Of a DNA stretch of 64,000 nucleotides, positions 11,201 to 23,582 are shown piece after piece. The stretch spans positions 62,001-126,000 of the forward strand of contig JAUCBJ010007486.1 in the NCBI GenBank assembly GCA_032718475.1, read 5' to 3'. Below the pieces are notes generated by a model, which saw only the letters and a list, made by a program, of their open reading frames with translations, did no database searches and had not been told where the DNA came from. A program made the translations under genes and the position numbers. Every line of letters starts with the position of its first letter. The first letter of the stretch is position 1. Source of the DNA: Nemertoderma westbladi. Its lineage: Eukaryota; Animalia; Xenacoelomorpha.

Positions 11201-14200
11201 CACGGCTAGAGAAGGGCATTGTGGGAAGACGAGACCGTGGTAGCGTGATTGGGTGGTTGGAAGCACGGCTAGAGAAGGGCGTTGTGGGCAGACGAGACCG
11301 TGGTAGCGTGATTGGGTGGTTGGAAGCATGGCTAGAGAAGGGCGTTGTGGGCAGACGAGACCGTGGTAGCGTGATTGGGTGGTTGGAAGCACGGCTAGAG
11401 AAGGGCGTTGTGGGAATACGAGACCGTGGTAGCGTTATTGGGTGGTTGGAAGCACGGCTAGAGAAGGGCGTTGTGGGAATACGAGACTGTGGTAGCGTGA
11501 TTGGGTGGTTGGAAGCACGGCTAGAGTAGGGCATTGTGGGAAGACGAGACCGTGGTAGCGTGATTGGGAGGTTGGAAGCACGGCTAGAGAAGGGCATTGT
11601 GGGAATACGAGACCGTGGTAGCGTGATTGGGAGGTTGGAAGCACGGCTAGAGAAGGGCATTGTGGGAATACGAGACCGTGGTAGCGTGATTGGGTGGTTG
11701 GAAGCACGGCTAGAGAAGGGCATTGTGGGAAGACGAGACCGTGGTAGCGTGATTGGGAGGTTGGAAGCACGGCTAGAGAAGGGCATTGTGGGAATACGAG
11801 ACCGTGGTAGCGTGATTGGGAGGTTGGAAGCACGGCTAGAGAAGGGCATTGTGGGAAGACGAGACCGTGGTAGCGTGATTGGGAGGTTGGAAGCACGGTT
11901 AGAGAAGGGCATTGTGGGAATACGAGACCGTGGTAGCGTGATTGGGTGGTTGGAAGCACGGCTAGAGAAGGGCATTGTGGGAAGACGAGACCGTGGTAGT
12001 GTGATTGGGTGGTTGGAATCACGGCTAGAGAAGGGCATTGTGGGAAGACGAGAACGTGGTAGCGTGATTGGGTGGTTGGAAGCACGGCTAGAGAAGGGCG
12101 TTGTGGGAATACGAGACCGTGGTAGCGTGATTGGGTGGTTGGAAGCACAGCTAGAGAAGGGCATTGTGGGAATACGAGACCGTGGTAGCGTGATTGGGTA
12201 GTTGGAAGCACGGCTAGAGAAGGGCATTGTGGGAATACGAGACCGTGGCAGCGTGATTGGGGGGTTGGAAGCACGGCTAGAGAAGGGCGTTGTGGGCAGA
12301 CGAGACCGTGGTAGCGTGATTGGGTGGTTGGAAGCACGGCTAGAGAAGGGCGTTGTGGGAATACGAGACCGTGGTAGCGTGATTGGGTAGTTGGAAGCAC
12401 GGCTAGAGAAGGGCATTGTGGGAATACGAGACCATGATAGCGTGATTGGGTGGTTGGAAGCACGGCTAGAGAAGGGCATTGTGGGAAGACGAGACCGTGG
12501 TAGCGTGATTGGGTGGTTGGAAGCACGGCTAGAGAAGGGCATTGTGGGAATACGAGACCGTGGTAGCGTGATTGGGTGGTTGGAAGCACGGCTAGAGAAG
12601 GGCATTGTGGGAATACGAGACCGTGGTAGCGTGATTGGGTGGTTGGAAGCACGGCTAGAGAAGGGTGTTGTGGGCAGACGAGACCGTGGTAGCGTGATTG
12701 GGTGGTTGGAAGCACGGCTAGAGAAGGGCATTGTGGGAAGACGAGACCGTGGTAGCGTGATTGGGAGGTTGGAAGCACGGCTAGAGAAGGGCATTGTGGG
12801 AATACGAGACCGTGGTAGCGTGATTGGGAGGTTGGAAGCACGGCTAGAGAAGGGCATTGTGGGAATACGAGACCGTGGTAGCGTGATTGGGTGGTTGGAA
12901 GCACGGCTAGAGAAGGGCATTGTGGGAAGACGAGACCGTGGTAGCGTGATTGGGAGGTTGGAAGCACGGCTAGAGAAGGGCATTGTGGGAATACGAGACC
13001 GTGGTAGCGTGATTGGGAGGTTGGAAGCACGGCTAGAGAAGGGCATTGTGGGAAGACGAGACCGTGGTAGCGTGATTGGGAGGTTGGAAGCACGGTTAGA
13101 GAAGGGCATTGTGGGAATACGAGACCGTGGTAGCGTGATTGGGTGGTTGGAAGCACGGCTAGAGAAGGGCATTGTGGGAAGACGAGACCGTGGTAGTGTG
13201 ATTGGGTGGTTGGAATCACGGCTAGAGAAGGGCATTGTGGGAAGACGAGAACGTGGTAGCGTGATTGGGTGGTTGGAAGCACGGCTAGAGAAGGGCGTTG
13301 TGGGAATACGAGACCGTGGTAGCGTGATTGGGTGGTTGGAAGCACAGCTAGAGAAGGGCATTGTGGGAATACGAGACCGTGGTAGCGTGATTGGGTAGTT
13401 GGAAGCACGGCTAGAGAAGGGCATTGTGGGAATACGAGACCGTGGCAGCGTGATTGGGGGGTTGGAAGCACGGCTAGAGAAGGGCGTTGTGGGCAGACGA
13501 GACCGTGGTAGCGTGATTGGGTGGTTGGAAGCACGGCTAGAGAAGGGCGTTGTGGGAATACGAGACCGTGGTAGCGTGATTGGGTGGTTGGAAGCACGGC
13601 TAGAGAAGGGCATTGTGGGAATACGAGACCGTGATAGCGTGATTGGGTGGTTGGAAGCACGGCTAGAGAAGGGCATTGTGGGAATACGAGACCGTGGTAG
13701 CGTGATTGGGTGGTTGGAAGCACGGCTAGAGAAGGGCATTGTGGGAAGACGAGACCGTGGTAGCGTGATTGGGAGGTTGGAAGCACGGCTAGAGAAGGGC
13801 GTTGTGGGAATACGAGACCGTGGTAGCGTGATTGGGTGGTTGGAAGCACGGCTAGAGAAGGGCATTCTGGGAATACGAGACCGTGATAGCGCGATTGGGC
13901 GGTTGGAAGCACGGCTAGAGAAGGGCATTGTGGGAATACGAGACCGTGGTAGCGTTATTGGGTGGTTGGAAGCACGGCTAGAGAAGGGCGTTGTGGGAAT
14001 ACGAGACCGTGGTAGCGTTATTGGGTGGTTGGAAGCACGGCTAGAGAAGGGCATTGTGGGCAGACGAGACTGTGGTAGCGTGATTGGGTGGTTGGAAGCA
14101 CGGTTAGAGAAGGGCATTGTGGGAATACGAGACCGTGGTAGCGTGATTGGGAGGTTGGAAGCACGGCTAGAGAAGGGCATTGTGGGAAGACGAGACCGTG

Positions 14201-17200
14201 GTAGCGTGATTGGGTGGTTGGAAGCACGGCTAGAGAAGGGCGTTGTGGGCAGACGAGACCGTGGTAGCGTGATTGGGTGGTTGGAAGCACGGCTAGAGAA
14301 GGGCGTTGTGGGCAGACGAGACCGTGGTAGCGTGATTGGGTGGTTGGAAGCACAGCTAGAGAAGGGCGTTGTGGGCAGACGAGACCGTGGTAGCGTGATT
14401 GGGTGGTTGGAATCATGGCTAGAGAAGGGCATTGTGGGAAGACGAGACCGTGGTAGTGTGATTGGGTGGTTGGAATCACGGCTAGAGAAGGGCATTGTGG
14501 GAAGACGAGAACGTGGTAGCGTGATTGGGTGGTTGGAAGCACGGCTAGAGAAGGGCGTTGTGGGAATACGAGACCGTGGTAGCGTGATTGGGTGGTTGGA
14601 AGCACAGCTAGAGAAGGGCATTGTGGGAATACGAGACCGTGGTAGCGTGATTGGGTAGTTGGAAGCACGGCTAGAGAAGGGCATTGTGGGAATACGAGAC
14701 CGTGGCAGCGTGATTGGGGGGTTGGAAGCACGGCTAGAGAAGGGCGTTGTGGGCAGACGAGACCGTGGTAGCGTGATTGGGTGGTTGGAAGCACGGCTAG
14801 AGAAGGGCGTTGTGGGAATACGAGACCGTGGTAGCGTGATTGGGTGGTTGGAAGCACGGCTAGAGAAGGGCATTGTGGGAATACGAGACCGTGATAGCGT
14901 GATTGGGTGGTTGGAAGCACGGCTAGAGAAGGGCATTGTGGGAATACGAGACCGTGGTAGCGTGATTGGGTGGTTGGAAGCACGGCTAGAGAAGGGCATT
15001 GTGGGAAGACGAGACCGTGGTAGCGTGATTGGGAGGTTGGAAGCACGGCTAGAGAAGGGCGTTGTGGGAATACGAGACCGTGGTAGCGTGATTGGGTGGT
15101 TGGAAGCACGGCTAGAGAAGGGCATTCTGGGAATACGAGACCGTGATAGCGCGATTGGGCGGTTGGAAGCACGGCTAGAGAAGGGCATTGTGGGAATACG
15201 AGACCGTGGTAGCGTTATTGGGTGGTTGGAAGCACGGCTAGAGAAGGGCGTTGTGGGAATACGAGACCGTGGTAGCGTTATTGGGTGGTTGGAAGCACGG
15301 CTAGAGAAGGGCATTGTGGGCAGACGAGACTGTGGTAGCGTGATTGGGTGGTTGGAAGCACGGTTAGAGAAGGGCATTGTGGGAATACGAGACCGTGGTA
15401 GCGTGATTGGGAGGTTGGAAGCACGGCTAGAGAAGGGCATTGTGGGAAGACGAGACCGTGGTAGCGTGATTGGGTGGTTGGAAGCACGGCTAGAGAAGGG
15501 CGTTGTGGGCAGACGAGACCGTGGTAGCGTGATTGGGTGGTTGGAAGCACGGCTAGAGAAGGGCGTTGTGGGCAGACGAGACCGTGGTAGCGTGATTGGG
15601 TGGTTGGAAGCACAGCTAGAGAAGGGCGTTGTGGGCAGACGAGACCGTGGTAGCGTGATTGGGTGGTTGGAATCATGGCTAGAGAAGGGCATTGTGGGCA
15701 GACGAGACCGTGGTAGCGTGATTGGGTGGTTGGAAGCACGGTTAGAGAAGGGCATTGTGGGAATACGAGACCGTGGTAGCGTGATTGGGAGGTTGGAAGC
15801 ACGGCTAGAGAAGGGCATTGTGGGAAGACGAGACCGTGGTAGCGTGATTGGGTGGTTGGAAGCACGGCTAGAGAAGGGCGTTGTGGGCAGACGAGACCGT
15901 GGTAGCGTGATTGGGTGGTTGGAAGCACGGCTAGAGAAGGGCGTTGTGGGCAGACGAGACTGTGGTAGCGTGATTGGGTGGTTGGAAGCACGGCTAGAGA
16001 AGGGCGTTGTGGGAATACGAGACCGTGGTAGCGTTATTGGGTGGTTGGAAGCACGGCTAGAGAAGGGCGTTGTGGGAATACGAGACCGTGGTAGCGTGAT
16101 TGGGTGGTTGGAAGCACGGCTAGAGAAGGGCATTGTGGGAAGACGAGACCGTGGTAGCGTGATTGGGAGGTTGGAAGCATGGCTAGAGAAGGGCATTGTG
16201 GGAATACGAGACCGTGGTAGCGTGATTGGGTGGTTGGAAGCACGGCTAGAGAAGGGCGTTGTGGGAATACGAGACCGTGGTAGCGTGATTGGGTGGTTGG
16301 AAGCACGGCTAGAGAAGGGCATTCTGGGAATACGAGACCGTGATAGCGTGATTGGGCGGTTGGAAGCACGGCTAGAGAAGGGCATTGTGGGAATACGAGA
16401 CCGTGGTAGCGTGATTGGGTGGTTGGAAGCACGGCTAGAGAAGGACATTGTGGGCAGACGAGACCGTGGCAGCGTGATTGGGTGGTTGGAAGCACGGCTA
16501 GAGAAGGGCATTGTGGGCAGATGAGACCGTGGCAGCGTGATTGGGTGGTTGGAAGCACGGCTAGAGAAGGGCATTGTGGGTAGACGAGACCGTGGTAGCG
16601 TGATTGGGAGGTTGGAAGCACGGCTAGAGAAGGGCATTGTGGGTAGACGAGACCGTGGTAGCGTGATTGGGAGGTTGGAAGCACGGCTAGAGAAGGGCAT
16701 TGTGGGAATACGAGACCGTGGTAGCGTGATTGGGTGGTTGGAAGCACGGCTAGAGAAGGGCGTTGTGGGTAGACGAGACTGTGGTAGCGTGATTGGGTGG
16801 TTGGAAGCACGGCTAGAGAAGGACATTGTGGGCAGACGAGACCGTGGCAGCGTGATTGGGTGGTTGGAAGCACGGCTAGAGAAGGGCATTGTGGGAATAC
16901 GAGACCGTGGTAGCGTGATTGGGTGGTTGGAAGCACGGCTAGAGAAGGGCATTGTGGGCATACGAGACCGTGGTAGCGTGATTGGGTGGTTGGAAGCACG
17001 GCTAGAGAAGGGCATTGTGGGCATACGAGACCGTGGTAGCGTGATTGGGTGGTTGGAAGCACGGCTAGAGAAGGGCATTGTGGGAATACGAGACCGTGGT
17101 AGCGTGATTGGGTGGTTGGAAGCACGGCTAGAGAAGGGCATTGTGGGAATACGAGACCGTGGTAGCGTGATTGGGTGGTTGGAAGCACGGCTAGAGAAGG

Positions 17201-20200
17201 GCATTGTGGGACTGTGGGTAGACGAGACCGTGGTAGCGTGATTGGGTGGTTGGAAGCACGGCTAGAGAAGGGCATTGTGGGAATACGAGACCGTGGTAGC
17301 GTGATTGGGTGGTTGGAAGCACGGCTAGAGAAGGGCATTGTGGGACTGTGGGCATACGAGACCGTGGTAGCGTGATTGGGTGGTTGGAAGCACGGCTAGA
17401 GAAGGGCATTGTGGGAATACGAGACCGTGGTAGCGTGATTGGGTGGTTGGAAGCACGGCTAGAGAAGGGCATTGTGGGAATACGAGACCGTGGTAGCGTG
17501 ATTGGGTGGTTGGAAGCACGGCTAGAGAAGGGCATTGTGGGACTGTGGGTAGACGAGACCGTGGTAGCGTGATTGGGTGGTTGGAAGCACGGCTAGAGAA
17601 GGGCATTGTGGGAATACGAGACCGTGGTAGCGTGATTGGGTGGTTGGAAGCACGGCTAGAGAAGGGCATTGTGGGACTGTGGGCATACGAGACCGTGGTA
17701 GCGTGATTGGGTGGTTGGAAGCACGGCTAGAGAAGGGCATTGTGGGAATACGAGACCGTGGTAGCGTGATTGGGTGGTTGGAAGCACGGCTAGAGAAGGG
17801 CATTGTGGGAATACGAGACCGTGGTAGCGTGATTGGGTGGTTGGAAGCACGGCTAGAGAAGGGCATTGTGGGACTGTGGGTAGACGAGACCGTGGTAGCG
17901 TGATTGGGTGGTTGGAAGCACGGCTAGAGAAGGGCATTGTGGGAATACGAGACCGTGGTAGCGTGATTGGGTGGTTGGAAGCACGGCTAGAGAAGGGCAT
18001 TGTGGGAATACGAGACCGTGGTAGCGTGATTGGGTGGTTGGAAGCACGGCTAGAGAAGGGCATTGTGGTCAGACGAGACCGTGGTAGCGTGATTGGGTGG
18101 TTGGAAGCACGGCTAGAGAAGGGCATTGTGGGACTGTGGGTAGACGAGACCGTGGTAGCGTGATTGGGTGGTTGGAAGCACGGCTAGAGAAGGGCATTGT
18201 GGGAATACGAGACCGTGGTAGCGTGATTGGGTGGTTGGAAGCACGGCTAGAGAAGGGCATTGTGGGACTGTGGGTAGACGAGACCGTGGTAGCGTGATTG
18301 GGTGGTTGGAAGCACGGCTAGAGAAGGGCATTGTGGGAATACGAGACCGTGGTAGCGTGATTGGGTGGTTGGAAGCACGGCTAGAGAAGGGCATTGTGGG
18401 AATACGAGACCGTGGTAGCGTGATTGGGTGGTTGGAAGCACGGCTAGAGAAGGGCATTGTGGGCAGACCGTACCGTGGCAGCGTGATTGGGTGGTTGGAA
18501 GCACGGCTAGAGAAGGGCATTGTGGGCAGACGAGACCGTGGTAGCGTGATTGGGTGGTTGGAAGCATGGCTAGAGAAGGGCATTGTGGGACTGTGGGTAG
18601 ACGAGACCGTGGTAGCGTGATTGGGTGGTTGGAAGCACGGCTAGAGAAGGGCATTGTGGGAATACGAGACCGTGGTAGCGTGATTGGGTGGTTGGAAGCA
18701 CGGCTAGAGAAGGGCATTGTGGGAATACGAGACCGTGGTAGCGTGATTGGGTGGTTGGAAGCACGGCTAGAGAAGGGCATTGTGGGCATACGAGACCGTG
18801 GTAGCGTGATTGGGTGGTTGGAAGCACGGCTAGAGAAGGGCATTGTGGGCATACGAGACCGTGGTAGCGTGATTGGGTGGTTGGAAGCACGGCTAGAGAA
18901 GGACGTTGTGGGCATACGAGACCGTGGTAGCGTGATTGGGTGGTTGGAAGCACGGCTAGAGAAGGGCATTGTGGGCAGACGAGACCGTGGTAGCGTGATT
19001 GGGTGGTTGGAAGCACGGCTAGAGAAGGGCATTGTGGGACTGTGGGTAGACGAGACCGTGGTAGCGTGATTGGGTGGTTGGAAGCACGGCTAGAGAAGGG
19101 CATTGTGGGCAGACGAGACCGTGGCAGCGTGATTGGGTGGTTGGAAGCACGGCTAGAGAAGGGCATTGTGGGAATACGAGACCGTGGTAGCGTGATTGGG
19201 TGGTTGGAAGCACGGCTAGAGAAGGGCATTGTGGGCAGACGAGACCGTGGTAGCGTGATTGGGTGGTTGGAAGCACGGTTAGAGAAGGGCATTGTGGGCA
19301 GACGAGACCGTGGTAGCGTGATTGGGTGGTTGGAAGCACGGTTAGAGAAGGGCATTGTGGGACTGTGGGTAGACGAGACCGTGGTAGCGTGATTGGGTGG
19401 TTGGAAGCACGGCTAGAGAAGGGCATTGTGGGAATACGAGACCGTGGTAGCGTGATTGGGTGGTTGGAAGCACGGCTAGAGAAGGGCATTGTGGGACTGT
19501 GGGTAGACGAGACCGTGGTAGCGTGATTGGGTGGTTGGAAGCACGGCTAGAGAAGGGCATTGTGGGAATACGAGACCGTGGTAGCGTGATTGGGTGGTTG
19601 GAAGCACGGCTAGAGAAGGGCATTGTGGGCATACGAGACCGTGGTAGCGTGATTGGGTGGTTGGAAGCACGGCTAGAGAAGGGCATTGTGGGAATACGAG
19701 ACCGTGGTAGCGTGATTGGGTGGTTGGAAGCACGGCTAGAGAAGGGCATTGTGGGACTGTGGGTAGACGAGACCGTGGTAGCGTGATTGGGTGGTTGGAA
19801 GCACGGCTAGAGAAGGGCATTGTGGGAATACGAGATCGTGGTAGCGTGATTGGGTGGTTGGAAGCACGGCTAGAGAAGGGCATTGTGGGAATACGAGACC
19901 GTGGTAGCGTGATTGGGTGGTTGGAAGCACGGCTAGAGAAGGGCATTGTGGGCAGACGAGACCGTGGCAGCGTGATTGGGTGGTTGGAAGCACGGCTAGA
20001 GAAGGGCATTGTGGGCAGACGAGACCGTGGTAGCGTGATTGGGTGGTTGGAAGCACGGCTAGAGAAGGGCATTGTGGGACTGTGGGTAGACGAGACCGTA
20101 GTAGCGTGATTGGGTGGTTGGAAGCACGGCTAGAGAAGGGCATTGTGGGAATACGAGACCGTGGTAGCGTGATTGGGTGGTTGGAAGCACGGCTAGAGAA

Positions 20201-22147
20201 GGGCGTTGTGGGCAGACGAGACCGTGGTAGCGTGATTGGGTGGTTGGAAGCACGGCTAGAGAAGGGCATTGTGGGCAGACGAGACCGTGGTAGCGTGATT
20301 GGGTGGTTGGAAGCACGGCTAGAGAAGGGCATTGTGGGCAGACGAGACCGTGGTAGCGTGATTGGGTGGTTGGAAGCACGGCTAGAGAAGGGCATTGTGG
20401 GACTGTGGGTAGACGAGACCGTGGTAGCGTGATTGGGTGGTTGGAAGCACGGCTAGAGAAGGGCATTGTGGGCAGACGAGACCGTGGTAGCGTGATTGGG
20501 TGGTTGGAAGCACGGCTAGAGAAGGGCATTGTGGGCAGACGAGACCGTGGTAGCGTGATTGGGTGGTTGGAAGCACGGCTAGAGAAGGGCATTGTGGGAC
20601 TGTGGGAATACGAGACCGTGGTAGCGTGATTGGGAGGTTGGAAGCACGGCTAGAGAAGGGCGTTGTGGGAATACGAGACCGTGGTAGCGTGATTGGGTGG
20701 TTGGAAGCACGGCTAGAGAAGGGCGTTGTGGGTAGACGAGACTGTGGTAGCGTGATTGGGTGGTTGGAAGCACGGCTAGAGAAGGACATTGTGGGCAGAC
20801 GAGACCGTGGTAGCGTGATTGGGTGGTTGGAAGCACGGCTAGAGAAGGGCATTGTGGGAATACGAGACCGTGGTAGCGTGATTGGGTGGTTGGAAGCACG
20901 GCTAGAGAAGGGCATTGTGGGACTGTGGGTAGACGAGACCGTGGTAGCGTGATTGGGTGGTTGGAAGCACGGCTAGAGAAGGGCATTGTGGGAATACGAG
21001 ACCGTGGTAGCGTGATTGGGTGGTTGGAAGCACGGCTAGAGAAGGGCATTGTGGGAATACGAGACCGTGGTAGCATGATTGGGTGGTTGGAAGCACGGCT
21101 AGAGAAGGGCATTGTGGGCAGACGAGACCGTGGTAGCGTGATTGGGAGGTTGGAAGCACGGCTAGAGAAGGGCATTGTGGGCATACGAGACCGTGGTAGC
21201 GTGATTGGGTGGTTGGAAGCACGGCTAGAGAAGGGCATTGTGGGCATACGAGACCGTGGTAGCGTGATTGGGTGGTTGGAAGCACGGCTAGAGAAGGACG
21301 TTGTGGGCAGACGAGACCGTGGTAGCGTGATTGGGTGGTTGGAAGCACGGCTAGAGAAGGACGTTGTGGGCAGACGAGACCGTGGTAGCGTGATTGGGTG
21401 GTTGGAAGCACGGCTAGAGAAGGACGTTGTGGGCAGACGAGACCGTGGTAGCGTGATTGGGTGGTTGGAAGCACGGCTAGAGAAGGACGTTGTGGGCAGA
21501 CGAGACCGTGGTAGCGTGATTGGGTGGTTGGGAGCACGGCTAGAGAAGGACATTGTGGGAATACGAGACCGTGGTAGCGTGATTGGGTGGTTGGAAGCAC
21601 GGCTAGAGAAGGACGTTGTGGGCAGACGAGACCGTGGTAGCGTGATTGGGTGGTTGGGAGCACGGCTAGAGAAGGGCGTTGTGGGCAGACGAGACCGTGG
21701 TAGCGTTATTGGGTGGTTGGAAGCACGGCTAGAGAAGGGCGTTGTGGGAATACGAGACCGTGGTAGCGTGATTGGGAGGTTGGAAGCACGGCTAGAGAAG
21801 GGCGTTGTGGGAATACGAGACCGTGGCAGCGTGATTGGGAGGTTGGAAGCACGGCTAGAGAAGGGCGTTGTGGGAATACGAGACCGTGGTAACGTGATTG
21901 GGTGGTTGGAAGCACGGCTAGTGAAGGACGTTGTGGGAATACGAGACCGTGGTAGCGTGATTGGGTGGTTGGAAGCACGGCTAGAGAAGGGCGTTGTGGC
22001 AATACGAGACCGTGGTAGCGTGATTGGGTGGTTGGAAGCACGGCTAGAGAAGGGCGTTGTGGGAATACGAGACCGTGGTAGCGTGATTGGGTGGTTGGAA
22101 GCACGGCTAGAGAAGGGCGTTGTGGGCAGACGAGACCGTGGTAGCGT
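8227..22147. repeat. 63-bp tandem satellite, ~220 units, with higher-order structure
   Basis: Unit GGCATTGTGGGAATACGAGACCGTGGTAGCGTGATTGGGTGGTTGGAAGCACGGCTAGAGAAG repeated with a few diagnostic variants; 71-bp variant units at ~17200-20930. Confidence 0.98.
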
Positions 22148-22335
22148 CACAGAAACGGTATACACAATCTGGGGACAGATCGTGGAATGTCCTATAATTT
22201 ATATTAATTATTTATTGTAAATTATTATTTATTTATTTATGATTTATATTAATAATTATAATAATACTAATTAATTACTATAATGTTTTTTTAGTAGATT
22301 TATTTTCATAGCTTAATATATAATTTTTTTTTTAG

Positions 22336-23094
22336 AAATGTCAGCATATGTGAAATTGGTGATCAATGCTACCCCAGAAGAATGTTATAACTTCATAAAT
22401 AATGAAGTGGCCGTGGAAGATTTTAAGAATTATATATTCGATTTTGCAAGGGAAACAGCAAAAATAAAAAGTATGAATATAAGTTGCGGATCAATCATTG
22501 CGGAAATTGAATTTATTGGAAACGTTCCAAATAGATCATTCACTGATTTGAACAACGCATTGACAGAGCAGTTTGTAGTATTTTATGAAAGTGATTTTAT
22601 GAATTTTATGAAATGTTAATATTGATGGAACACCGCATAGAATCAAAGCAATAATCAACCAGGTTCCCCTTCAGTATAACATCACCTACTCCCCTTGTTC
22701 GGATTTTACAATTAGTGATATTATATTAGCTATCACAGCAGAATGTACACAAGAAGTGGGAGTCCTTAATTACCTCATTGGGCAACTTGTTTGCTTTGGA
22801 ACGGTAGACATTTATGGTACGATTTCTTTAACCATATTTGTTTATGAAGATTTGAAGGGCATTTTGGAAAGAGGCATAGAAGAGGGCTTCGAGCAATATG
22901 TCGGCCATTCTCTCGTAAGAATATCCCTCAAACCAGTTACAACCCCTGGCACTACTACTGAAACGACAACATTCAAAGGAACAACTACCATGAATGAAAC
23001 CACTGAATCAACAACCACTACAGACAGTGCTCAATCAGTTGATGTTCCCAAGTATATTATTTTCTTAATTACACCGCTTGTCTATTTGATTTAA
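22336..23094 (+). CDS. Terminal exon of a putative SEA-like domain, Thr-rich, GPI/membrane-anchored surface protein (one frameshift near 22610)
   Basis: Poly-T acceptor TTTTTTTTTTAG ending 22335; CGSIIAEIEF resembles the SEA G-SVVV motif; the second frame is open from 22612 (NVNIDGTPHR...CFGTVDIYG...) to a TTPGTTTETTT stalk and a hydrophobic C-terminal tail; AATAAA at ~23134. Confidence 0.5.
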
Positions 23095-23582
23095 AACAAA
23101 ATCAGATATTATCCTATATAAACCAGGATACAAAATAAAAAGCAATTCATCATTAGGGGATTGATGCGATATTGGCATTTTTCACCAAAGAAATTATAAG
23201 TTTATTCGAAACGCAATGTTATTTATATACGTGGGTGTATCACCGTCAAAACAAGCGCAGAGTTGTTAGTTTTTGATATGCCGCAAAAGGTCTAGGCCAC
23301 ACTGGTCTATTAATTATTATAATATTAATTATAATAGTTTAATTATAATAGTCTTATATTTAATTATTTTTTGTTCATTCAAGGTAAACGGATATTATAT
23401 AGTAAAAGTGTCCAGCTCGGATAAAAACAGACAGAAAGGTACTCATTAAAATTAATTCAAATATAATGAATATATGACTTTAGTTGATAATACTTCACCA
23501 TAGTCTGCATAGGTAGATGATGGTGAGCGGTCTACAGACGCTACCATTAACTATACATAAAATTATATGTTGTTATTCACAA

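Noticed and set aside
8223-17204. 2993-aa minus-strand ORF (PTMPFSSRASNHPITLPRSRI)n as a giant mucin-like protein
   Set aside because: The unit is 63 bp (a multiple of 3) and no consensus codon in this frame is one substitution from a stop, so a long open frame needs no selection; there are no unique termini, and 8-bp frameshifting variants spread freely.
8182-22220. Plus-strand (GIVGIRDRGSVIGWLEARLEK)n ORFs
   Set aside because: Repeated stops and frameshifts that are copied along with the higher-order blocks.
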